Below, one piece after another: positions 33,031-44,711 of a stretch of DNA of 64,000 nucleotides. The position numbers were made by a program, and so were the translations under genes. Below the pieces are notes generated by a model. It saw nothing but the letters and a program-made list of their open reading frames with translations. It was not told where the DNA came from and did not search any database. Each line of letters starts with the position of its first letter. Positions within the stretch are counted from its first letter, which is position 1. Source of the DNA: Eledone cirrhosa. Lineage: Eukaryota. Location: NCBI GenBank assembly GCA_964016885.1, contig OZ024742.1:232190001-232254000 (forward strand). Reading direction: 5' to 3'.

Positions 33031-33122
33031 TTACAAAAATTTGCTCATATACATTCCAAACAGTTGAAGAATAATCAAAAATGTCATCATAGGAACAGTC
33101 ACATGATTTGCTGGACCACCTT
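33031..33122 (-). CDS. Microprotein coding exon 4 (GPI-signal-like tail)
   Basis: poly-T atag|AA GGPANHVTVPMMTFLIILQLFGMYMSKFL*; a further donor gtaaga at 33003. Confidence 0.66.
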
Positions 33123-36100
33123 CTATAAAAAAAAAAAACAGCAAAAATCTTCATTACTTAGTTAATACATTAATAAGAGCCAGACCAGAAACTGGATATT
33201 TAGAACAGTTAAGTGCTCCATTCCCCCGAATAAAATGATTTCAACTTAGTTTGACAAGCTGACAAACCTTGCTCTGACCAAGCTAAAAAAAATTACTAAG
33301 CCTGCATTTTCTACTACACTCTCACAGATATCAAAGTACATAACACCATACAACCCTCATTTTAGATATTACTACAATGCTACTACCCAGCAAAAATGTT
33401 TAGCAATTAATCTATTGATTGTAGGAAATTATTATTTATTTTATTTACTTTTACAAATCTGTGATCTTTAAAGGTTCAGTAATGCATCTTTCTGAGGTCT
33501 GTACCCTAGACCAGTGACTCCCAACCTTTTTTAGCTCATGGCCCACTTTGAACCCAGAATTTTTCTGTGGCCCATGAAGTTATTATAGTGTAAAAAATTA
33601 CTTCCATTTTACATAGAATATATCCAATAAATATACAACTATGTTTATTTATTGGTTACACACAATTTCACAAGCATCTAAAATATTTTGCATCTCCAAT
33701 GAAATGACCATTTATTATCAATATTTATTTTTACAATTAAAAGAAAGTAAAAATTATAAAATTTCTGTGGCCCACCTGAAATTTGCTATGGCCCATTTTA
33801 GCCATGTGACCATAGGTTGGGAAACACTGCCCTAGACAGCTGCTTAGTTAGTCTTAGTAGTAGCACCAGCCCTGAATATGAATTAGCTAGGTTGATGAGT
33901 TTTAATATAAGTTTGATATTAGTTAAGTTAATATGATTAGTACATTTCATATGATATTTGCCTTAATATGAATTAAAAGGTGAAATTAAAAGACTTTATT
34001 TTACATAATTTGGAGGAATTTTGTGTATAGTAACTCTTAACATGAGCTTTCAAAATCACCATTTTTTAATGTTCCATACTAGCATGGGTTAGATCACAGG
34101 TTCTCAACCCATTTAGGCCAAACGCCCCTTTTGTCCCTTGAAATCACGAAACGCCCCCTACCCTATTTTTCTATTTTTCAATATACTACTGATTTTGATA
34201 TCTGTAGATTACTAAAAAATTGATTAACAATATTCCAAAGATACCATTGCAGGCAGCTGAGAGTATAAATACATTCCTTGAAAGGAAATATATAAATTTC
34301 AAAAAAAGGAACATAAATGTTCTTTTTTATGAATAAGGACCAGTTGAATTTGTTATATTCCCACCAGGTGATACCAACTATTTTGAACATTTATACAAGA
34401 GCAACTCTGTCTATCCAAAGAATGCTCTTATCTGGAAGAAAGTAGCAATTATATCATTTCAAAGCTTTCCAATTTTCCCTTTAATGAAACAGACAGAATA
34501 AATGTTGATATCTAACTTGATGTCCCTTCTGCTTTGTGAGCTTAGAGACCACGCAAGAGGGTATATTTATTAGTAAATGGTAAAATATATACAACAAATG
34601 AGTAAGTGAATTGTAGTAGATGGTTTCCAGTCCAGTCAGACTGCAACTACAAATAAAAAAATTGTTAGTTTGCTTTGTAACAATAGCATATCTAAGTTTT
34701 CGGATAAATCAACTTACTTTAACTTTGACCTCATTTCAATGGGACCCTTGAACTTTATGGAGTCTAGCTAACTCTTTGACGTGAGGCTGGATTTTCATAA
34801 GATGTAGCCGGAGATCCCCACATGTAATTACATTGTAGCGGTTGCGAGCCTTACTATGCAGTCTGGAAACAGCACCAAACCTCCTCTTGACTAAGTATGA
34901 GCTTGGAAAAGGCAGAGCAAATCTCTTAGCCTCTGCATGTAGGTGTGGAAATCGACGCTGAATTTCCTCTTGCATCCAAAAAAGGGGTTCACCTATTTTG
35001 GGAAATCTAATTTTGATCATGTCATCTGCTTGAAGTTCAATGAATTCTTCCTGAAATATAACGTCCAAATCATCGACGTTAGCTGTGAAGGGATCTGATA
35101 CCGACATTGGGATGTCCATCGGCAAAAGGTCGACAAACCATTCTCTCATGTTGTTTTGTAGCGCACGGAGGTGAGCAGTATAAATTTGGAGTTGGTCATC
35201 GCTTACAATGTTTTGAACATTGGTGACACTAGGAAAATTATAGAATTCCCGTCAACAAAGATTCCTTTCGATGACATTCAATTTGGCCAGGAATGTTTTC
35301 ACAGCATTCTTTGCTTTAAGCAAGGTGATCTTCTTCCCCTGCAAAGCCAAAATGACGCTATTGCATTTGTCGACGATGTCGGTGAGGTAGGCGCAGTTTT
35401 GCCTCTCATCGAGGGTTTTCTTGTACAGTTCTGTGTTGCGTCCTCGCAGAGACTCAATGATAGAGTCAAACAGTTCAAAGAAGTGAGTAAGGCACTTGCC
35501 CTTTGAAAGCCACCTCACTTCATTATGAAGGAGCAACTTGACGAATTCTTCGTCATTATCTTGGCACAGTTGCCGGAAAATTTGTTCATTGAGGGAATGC
35601 CATTTGATAAAATCGATAACATCAAGGGCCACCTGCAAGGACTTGCTCAGTGGCTTGCTGAGTTTCTTCACAGCCAAGTGTTGCCGATGAATGACACAAT
35701 GAACAACAAATACAGATAGATTTTCTCTCTTCAGAAGAGTGACGAAACCCTTATGTTGGCCAATCATTGCTCTAGCGTCGTCCATAGCACATGATACAAT
35801 ATGTGTTGTATTTGGTCCTAGATGTTTGTATTACCTGATTATGTGGTCCTAGATGTATGTATTACCTGCCTGTGTGTTGTATGTGTGTGTTACCTCCTTA
35901 CGTGTTGCATGTAGTCCAAGATGTGTGTGTATTACCTGCTTATGTGTTGTATGTGGTCCTAGATATGTGTATTACCTGCTTATGTGTTGTATGTGGTCCT
36001 AGATGTGTGTATTATCTGATTATGTGTTGTATGTGGTCCTAGATGTGTGTGCTACGCGCTTCTGTGTTTTTTTTTATTTTTTTTATTTGTAATATTATTT

Positions 36101-39100
36101 ATATAATAGGGAATAAAATAGATCTACATAGTGTTAACTCGTTACGGTTGAGTCAATAATTTCAGACATGAAATACATTGTTATGGGTGAAGGAAAGACA
36201 AGATTTTAACTGGTTGCGATTGAAGTGTCCTTGACCCAGTTGACTGTTGGTTTTTCCATTGTTAGGATCTCAATTGCCAGTTAATGTCTAAACATGCCTG
36301 CACACCTGCTCACAGCTGTGGTCAGACCATAGTTATGCTGTCTGCATGCTCATTCAAATGCATTCACACTGGCTGTCTCAAAGACATACAAATATGGCTT
36401 ATAAAACTTACCAAAGTAAAGAGCCTTCCAGTGCACTCCAAAGCTCCCCCCTCCTCCCCCTAATGCCCCTTGCTCCCAAATGCCCCCTGGGGGTGCATAT
36501 GCCCCCAGTTGAGAACCTTTGGGTTAGATGGTTCTTTTCCAGTATAGCATCACTCCACTTGTTTTGTGTATGCAATAGAGAGAGTGGTGGCAGCAGCAAA
36601 TGCTGACATGTTTTTAAATCTCATGGCTTTATAGAAAGGGGATGGTAGGAGTGCATGTGTGAGAGAGAGAGAACTAAAAGAGGAATTACTTTTTATAACT
36701 TCAGTCATGCTGTGGAAAGGGGATGATAAGAAGGAGAGAGAGAGGTGGTGGTAGAGCGAATTTTTTTTTAAAACCTATGCTGTAAAAAAATATTGTTTTT
36801 CTTCAAATTATGAGTAAAATATTCCATTTTGATAGTTTCAGTCATTTGTTAAATTTATTCAATCTATATGTAATTAAATACTGTATATATTACTTGTGTG
36901 TGTATATATATATATAATATATTCTTTTACTCTTTTACCTGTTCCAGCCATCCGAGTGGATAACCAATTTAGACTTATAACATGATATAATACAGAGGTT
37001 GAAAAATCATTCTGCCTTTTGAGCTACTGATTGATCAAGGATACTGATTAGCATTGAACTTCTATAATCTTTACCAGGATATATATTGGTAAACTCCAAT
37101 ATAACCTAACATATACTTTATATATATCATCATTTCATTCTACGTCCACTTTTCCCTGCTTGCAAGGGTGGGACGGGAACTAATTCTGGCTTGATTTCTA
37201 CAGCTGGATGCCCTTCCTAACACCAACCTCATTTACAGTGAGTGCTGGGTGCTTTTTTCCGTGGCGCCTACACATCCACTTTACAGTGGAATGATATGGA
37301 CCCCAGTCTCTATCATCTCATTTCTACAGCTGAGTAAACTGGAGCAATGTGAAATAAAGTGTCTTGCTCAAGGAAACAACACATCACCCGGTCTGAGAAA
37401 TGAACTCACAACCTTTTGATTGCAAGGCCAATGCTCTAACCACTAAGCCATGTGCCTCCATATATATATATATATATTATTTCCGTGGAAAAGGTAAAGG
37501 AAAGAAAAGTGAATCTGATGAGCGATATCAGACGTGCCTGTTAGAGTTGTCTAGCTTCGTGTAACATTGGGTAATGGAATAATTACATTCTGTTGTTTAT
37601 TACATAATTATATACTCTTTTACACTTTTACCTGTTCCAGCCATCCAGCTGAGGCCATGCTGGGGCACCACCCTTGTTGCTACACATTTTATCTCCAGCC
37701 TGTATTAGTTGGATACTGGTGCAAGAGGGAGTTCATTGCTGCTGCCCTTAGGTTTCCCTCGTGCCTTGCTGTGGGCTCATCTGGGATCCTGGATAGCAAG
37801 GTGTCTAGATGTTTCTTGAAAACATCCATGTCCTCACCATGCATATCTCTCAGAACCCTCAGCAACTTGTTGAAGAGTTGAGGGCCCTTGAACCCCAGAC
37901 TATTGCAATATCTGCTCCTTATTCTAGATGTGGAAGATGGGACCTTTGGCACCACACAGTGACGTCCTGTTCGACGGTTGGTCCAGCTCCCGATGCCAAA
38001 GTTTGGTGCTAGTCTCTCCAGGATTTTCCACATGTATATGTTATCTCTCCCGTCTTCGTTCCAAGGAGTAGAAGGGTCAATTCTTTTAGCCTCACCCAGT
38101 AGCTTATCTCCTTCATCGTAGCAATCCTCTTGGTGTAGCTTCGCTGGATTGCCTAAATCTCTGTGGTTAGTTTGACACTATGGGGTGACCACAGCTAGGA
38201 GCAATAGTCCAGGTGGCTTAGGACAAATGTCCTCCATAGTGTCAACATGGTCTCTTGGTCTCTTGTCCGGAAAGTCCTTAACATCCAGCCAGCGAGTCGT
38301 CTGCACATTGTTGCGACTTTCATGATGTGTGAGGAAAAAGATGCATCATCGTTCATGTCTATACTCAGATCTCGTATCGATTTTGACACGGGAATTTTGG
38401 TCCCTCCTGGTCCAGTGTAACTGTGTTGTACTGTATTTGTGTTTGCAGGTTTGTATTGTAGGGCTTGGAATTTGCCAGCATTAAACTGCATGTTGTTGCC
38501 TTCCACCCATTTGTATATGGCATCCAGATCTTGTTGTAAAAGGGCAGCGTCAGCCGGGTTTTTGATTGCCTGTGCTACCTTAGTGTCATCAGCATAGCTA
38601 GTGAGGAATGTTGTATGTACTACAGAGGGCATGTCTGAGAGAGCCACCAAAAACAGTAGTCGTCCCACGAGTGCCTTGGGGCACCCCACTTGTTATTGAT
38701 GTATCCTTTGAGAGGGCCCCATTTGCTGCACTTGTCTGGCTTCTGTCCTTTAAGAAGTCATGCAGCCACTCACCTACTTTTCCAGTTATGCCGAGTCCGT
38801 GTAGTTTGTGACATATCATTCCGTGGTCGACCTTGTCAAAGGCCTTCGCAAAGTCAAGATATATCACGTCTACATGTGAGCTGTCTAGTAGTTGTCTCAG
38901 TACCCAGTCGTAGTGATATAGCAGCTGTGTAAGGCAGCTTCTTCCTGGGCGAAAGCCATGTTGCGTGCTAGTCAGGCGGTCATTTTCTTCGAGGAAAGTG
39001 ATCAGATTCTTTCTGATGATTCGCTCCATGACCTTACTGATATGCGACGTCAGGGAGACTGGCCTATAGTTCTTGGCCTCCGCTCTACTACCTCCTTTAT

Positions 39101-42100
39101 GGATAGGGCATATTGTGCCTTCTTTCAGCTCCCTGGGTGGGTCTACCGCTAGCCAAGGAGCTTCTGAAGAGCATCGTCAGTGGAGTTGCTAAGGTCCGCT
39201 TACATGTTTTTAAGAGAACTGCTGGGAATCCATCAGGTCCAGCAGCCGAGTCTGTTCTAATTTCATCTATGGCATATACCACATCCTCCTCTGTTATGTC
39301 TATGTGGTTGATGGTCTCCATTTCTTCATGGAGTGTTGTGGCATCAAAGAAATCTTCTGGCTTTGTTATTTACATGTGCCTCAGTGGACATGTGAACACA
39401 CTTTTGTACTGTTCGTTCAGTATTTGACTTATCTCTTGGGGATTCTCGGTTAATGAACTATCTTTATGGAAGAGTGGTAGTCCCTTTTGCAAATTTAAAG
39501 AAGGCCTTAGGGTTTGTTTTAATATTTTCTATGGCTCTGCTTTCTTTCTTTGCTCTCTCATTTGCATGGGAAAGTTTGAGTGCAATCTCGATGTCAAGAA
39601 GTGCATGTTTCAAATAGGATTCCTTCTTGTTTTTGTTTTTTTGTTGTGCATTCAACTGGTTTGAGAGCTTAGTTCTTCATCTCATAAGGATTTTCCTATC
39701 TCTGGGAATAAGATATTTGTGTCTGTTGGCCTTTTTCTCCGGGACAAGCTTTTGGCATATAGTTTGTATCGTTGTCATGAAGTGTTGAAAATGTGTGTTG
39801 GCGTCTTGTGTGGCAGTGTTTTCACTCCATGTTTGCTTCCGGATTTCTCTCTTGATCTTTTTCCAGTTAGCCTTGTAGAAGTTAAGGCTGGATAAGTTCC
39901 CGGTGCTTCTTGATGGTTGTGTCTCTGTTGATTCTCTCGGACCACATATCATTAGTTCTACTAAGTTATGATCTGAGAAAATCGTTGGTGTCACCTTTAC
40001 ATTGTGGATGAGCACTGCGTTGTTTGTAAAACAGAGATCTAGGACATTCTTGCCTCTTGTTGGGAGGAGTATTGCTTGTTCCATGAACAGCCGGTGTGTG
40101 AGAGCCAGCAGGGACTCCGTCTGTCTCTGTTCTACTGATGTCATTCCAGAGAGGAGGTGGCCCTCAGGCCATTTGACCTTTGGCAGGTTGAAGTCTTCCA
40201 GCAGTAGAATGTTGAGACCCTGGTCCAGTTTGTCGAGGACCTCTTTTATCCTACTGAGGCTATCCTCAAATTTACCCTCATGACTGGGGGCATTGGGTGG
40301 CCGATATGTGACACATATTACTGTCTTTAGTTGCTTCATATGTACTATCAGTGTGTCACAGACTGAGTTTGAATGTGTCAACAGTACAATTGGTGTGACA
40401 TCTTCACGGATATACAGAGCAACCCCACCATGAGTTCTCTCCTTCTTGTCCAAACGAAATACAGCATATTTTGGTATATGTATTTCCGCATCTGCTATAC
40501 TGCTTGTCAGGTGCGTTTTGGTTAGTGTCATGCATAATGCTTGATTGCTTATGGCTAAGTCTCCAAGGTAGGAAATTTTACTCATGTTAGTGAGTTTCAC
40601 TGGGCCTCTGACATTCAGCAGCAGCACTGGTATGGCATTTGGGGTGTCAGCAATGGCTGTTGGTGTGACACTTGGCCTGGTGTCAGCGGTGGCCACTCTG
40701 GGTACTTAATTGTGCTGGTCTCAAGTGCTGGTGTGAGTGACCCTGGCTCTGAAAACGATGCAGCCAGGTCAGCTGTCCCACAATCTTCTCTGCTGCCGCC
40801 ATCTGTATCTCATCGGCATATGTGTACCTTCTCCTTGTTGGAGCGGCATGCGCGACATCAGCATACTTCTGGGGCAGCTTGCATCGGTTCAGGTTTTGGT
40901 TGGGGCATGTTGTGTAAGTAGGTTGGGCATAATTCGCTTGGGGCCAGGGAGGAGCGAATCTACAGCCTGTCCCTGTTTCTCCATGCCAGCAGGTCCCGTT
41001 CCTGAAGAACTTGCACGTTACCTGGGTTTTCTCGCTCCCAGTGTCTCATATATATATATACACACGCACACAACTTATAAGTAAAACATTTAAAATGCCA
41101 TATTGGTATTTAATTCTTGGTTATTGTTTCTAATTAAACTGAAGAATTTCCAAGGGGTCAGCTAGTTAATATCTGAAGCATCCAATACAGCATCAGGTAT
41201 GAATAAATATGTGTGTAGTCATATCTATGTATATTTAATCTCATTGTCATGAAGCTTTGGACAAATACAATAAACTATTTGCCTATTGACACTTGAATTG
41301 AAAGTGAATGAAAATAATTGTTTCTACTTTTGTCACAAGGCCAAAAATAATGAAACAGAAATACTTACTGCAACCAAGAAAATCATGCAGTTTAACAGAT
41401 ACTTGGTAGGCTTTTTCACAGTATCTACAATATACAATAGAACAAGCTAAATTTTAACTGTTGTTTTTAATATTTACAGACCTGCTAACCTCTAAAAACC
41501 CAAACGGGGAGTACCATGAACAAAAGTGCCCCAAAATGGAGGGAAATGAGGCAAAATGGGGAAATTTGACATAATGAAAGCTATACCTATTTTCACAAGA
41601 GAAGACATCTTTCACCCACCCCAAAGTGGGTGGGAGATCTCTCTGCCAGACAGGAAAAGTTAACAGGTCTCATCATCATTTAACGTCCATCTTCCACGCT
41701 AGCATGGGTTAGATGGGAGTTGTCCCAATTTGAGGCAAGGTTGGTCGGGTGACCGTGTCTCGCTCGTATAGGATTATCTGACAGTTTTTCTACGGCTGGA
41801 TGCCCTTCCTAACACCAACCACATTTACAGTGTGGACTGGGAACTTTTTACTGTGTTACATAGGCAAGGCAGGTCTTCTGTATTACTGCATGGCGCCAAA
41901 GATCTCGGTCCAGAGAGGTGCAAGTGTGTAATTTATCAAATCGTACCAGGTTTTTCTGGGTCTACCTACTCCGTAACTTCCATTAATTTTGATCGCCCTG
42001 CACTTTTTTCTACAGCTGTCGTCTTTCATGCACATCTTGTGACCATAACAATGTAGTCTTCTCTCAAGTAAACAGCATCCGATCCCTCTTATTCCTAATT

Positions 42101-44620
42101 TCTCACTAAGTTCATTTATGTTTTGCCGTTCACGTATATTACTGTTGCACATCCAACGGAGCATGCATGCTTCGTTCCTTTCCAGTCTGCGCAGGTCCTC
42201 TGCACACAATGCCCATGTCTTACTGCCATGTAGCATTGCTGTTCGTATACAGGCATCATACAGCCTGCCTTTCATTTTTAGAGAGAAACCTTTTTGTGGT
42301 CAACAGCAGTATAAGCTCTCTGAACTTTTTCCATCCCGTTCTGACTCTGGCTACTGTACTTTCAGAGCACCCTCCTCCACTGCTAATTTTTTCACCCAGG
42401 TAACAGAAAGTGTCCACTATTTCTATAGTGGGCAATAGAAGGGGCTAGTATCCTGTGGGCACTTGCTACTTATTGCACCTGAGCATCGGCCACATATAAA
42501 ATCTACGTTCTTAGATAGTTTACCTGTGATCCCACTACATCTTTTATGTACCCATAGTTTGCATTTGGGACATAAAATGGAATTTCTACCTACTCCTTTC
42601 CTACACACTGAGCATGGCCATTTCCCAGGGGGCACCTGTGCCCTATTTTCCTTTCTACATACTAGAACTTTAGTCTTAGACAAGTTAACTTTAAGGCCTT
42701 TTGATTCTAGGCCATGCTTCCATGTTTGGAATTTCTTCTCTAGTTCAGCCATAGATTCAGCTATGAGGGTTAGATCATCTGTTATAGCCTGAAGGGCAAT
42801 AATAAATAGGAGGGGGCTAAGGACAGAGCCTTGATGAACACCAACTTATAGAAAGTTCAAGCATGTTCTACAACGTGAGGACCAAAAACGTGAGTTGTTC
42901 AGGATTGCTAGACAATGTGTCAAGGAAAACCGTGATATTGTCGGGGAGAAGTGTGTCCGTAATGATAATGGTGTACTTGCCCTCACTGATACTGATAAGA
43001 AGGTAGCTTGGAAGTGTCACTACGAGAGACTATTAAATGAGGAGAATAAATGGGAAAAAGATAGGCTGCCCCAAATTGATCCAATAGAAGGACCAGCGGT
43101 GCAAGTTAAAGGTAGTATAATAAGTAAGGCAATCAAAGATATGAAAACAGGCAAGGCAGCTCTACCTTCGGAGATAGTTGCTGAGATGTTGAAAGCATCT
43201 GAAATGGTGGGACATACTATGGTCATCCGGATAGTAAACCAAGTAATACAGAATGAGGTCATACCAAAAGACTGACATAGCAGCATCATCATTAACTGCT
43301 ACAAGGGTAAAGGGGATGCTCTAGATAGGGGAAACTATAGAGGCATTAAGTTGGTTGACCAGGTTATGAAGGTCCCAGAAAGAGTTATAGCACAACTAAT
43401 CAGAGAGCAAATTGATCTAGATGAAATGCAGTTTGGGTTTGTGTCAGGTAAAAGTACCACAGACGCTCTTTTCTTTGTACGACAACTACAGGAGAAGTAC
43501 TTAGCTTTTGTAGACCTGGAGAAAGCCTTTGACAGAGTCCTCTGCTTCATTAACTGGTGGGCTCTTAGAAAACTAGGTGTAGATGAATGGTTTGTGAGAG
43601 CTATACAAGCCATTTATAAAGAAACAGTCAGTATGGTTAGAATTCACAATGAATATAGTGAAGAATTTAGTGTAAACGTTGGTGTTCATCAAGGCTCTGT
43701 CCTTAGCCCCCTCCTATTTATTATTGCCCTTCAGGCTATAACAGAGGAGTTTAAGACTGGTTGCCCATTGGAACTCTTATACGCAAATGATCTAACTCTC
43801 ATAGCTGTATTTATGAAATGGGAGTGGATTGTCAGAATCTTTAGAAAGTCAGACAAAATAACTTGCAGTATTTAGTTGGAACTGCTTATGTTATAAATTC
43901 AATCTCTACAGAGATTCACTTAGCTTTTCTTCATTTCAGAATTGATAAAACAAAGTTCCAGTCGTATGCTGTGGGATATGTAATTGACTATACTCATCGA
44001 GGCCTTTTGTCACTGTTAGAAACCAATATTTATTATCAATGACAAAAGCAGTTGACTAGCAAGATTGGTTGAGCAGCAAACAAAATGCCTTGCAATATGA
44101 TATTTAATCGAAGAAGAAGAGGCTTTAACCCTTTAACATTTACATTACTCTATATATACTATTGTATTTTCGCAGTAAAGGCTTTATCTCGCATAATATC
44201 TCTCTCCAGGTCCAAACACAGCTAATTTTATCAAGAGAAAGAGAAAGAATCAACTCTAGTATTGAACTAGTACTTTATTTATCAATTTCAAAAGGATGAA
44301 AAGCAAATTTGACCTCAGACTGCAATGAACAGGAATAAATACTGAGATATTTAATTCTGACTTTATTTCTTAACAAGGCCATCCTTTTAGGATCAATGAA
44401 ATGAAGCACCATATAATTCCATCAGAACACTTAGAGACCATTACTTTTTTGTCATCCTTTTTTGTGTTGAACAAATAGTAATAACCAATATGTAAGCTTT
44501 CTGAGATTCTATATATATGATGGAGTTGTAAAGGAACTGTGGTGACCTTCTTGGTCATTTTAAACATGATGGAGTCCATCCCTTCTCTAGGTCTGAACAC
44601 AACCAATTTCTTATAGAGAA

Positions 44621-44711
<91 letters not shown>

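Noticed and set aside
33004-33122. Selenoprotein reading (several in-frame TGA) or the alternative open phase-2 frame of this exon
   Set aside because: The TGA-rich frame has no sensible sequence and no SECIS was seen; the phase-2 frame does not join the upstream exon and hits a stop right after the next acceptor.
34736-35785. Domesticated ZBED5/SCAND3/FAM200-like gene
   Set aside because: Frame broken, N-terminus missing, and enclosed by TIRs and an 8-bp TSD, so it is a transposon copy.
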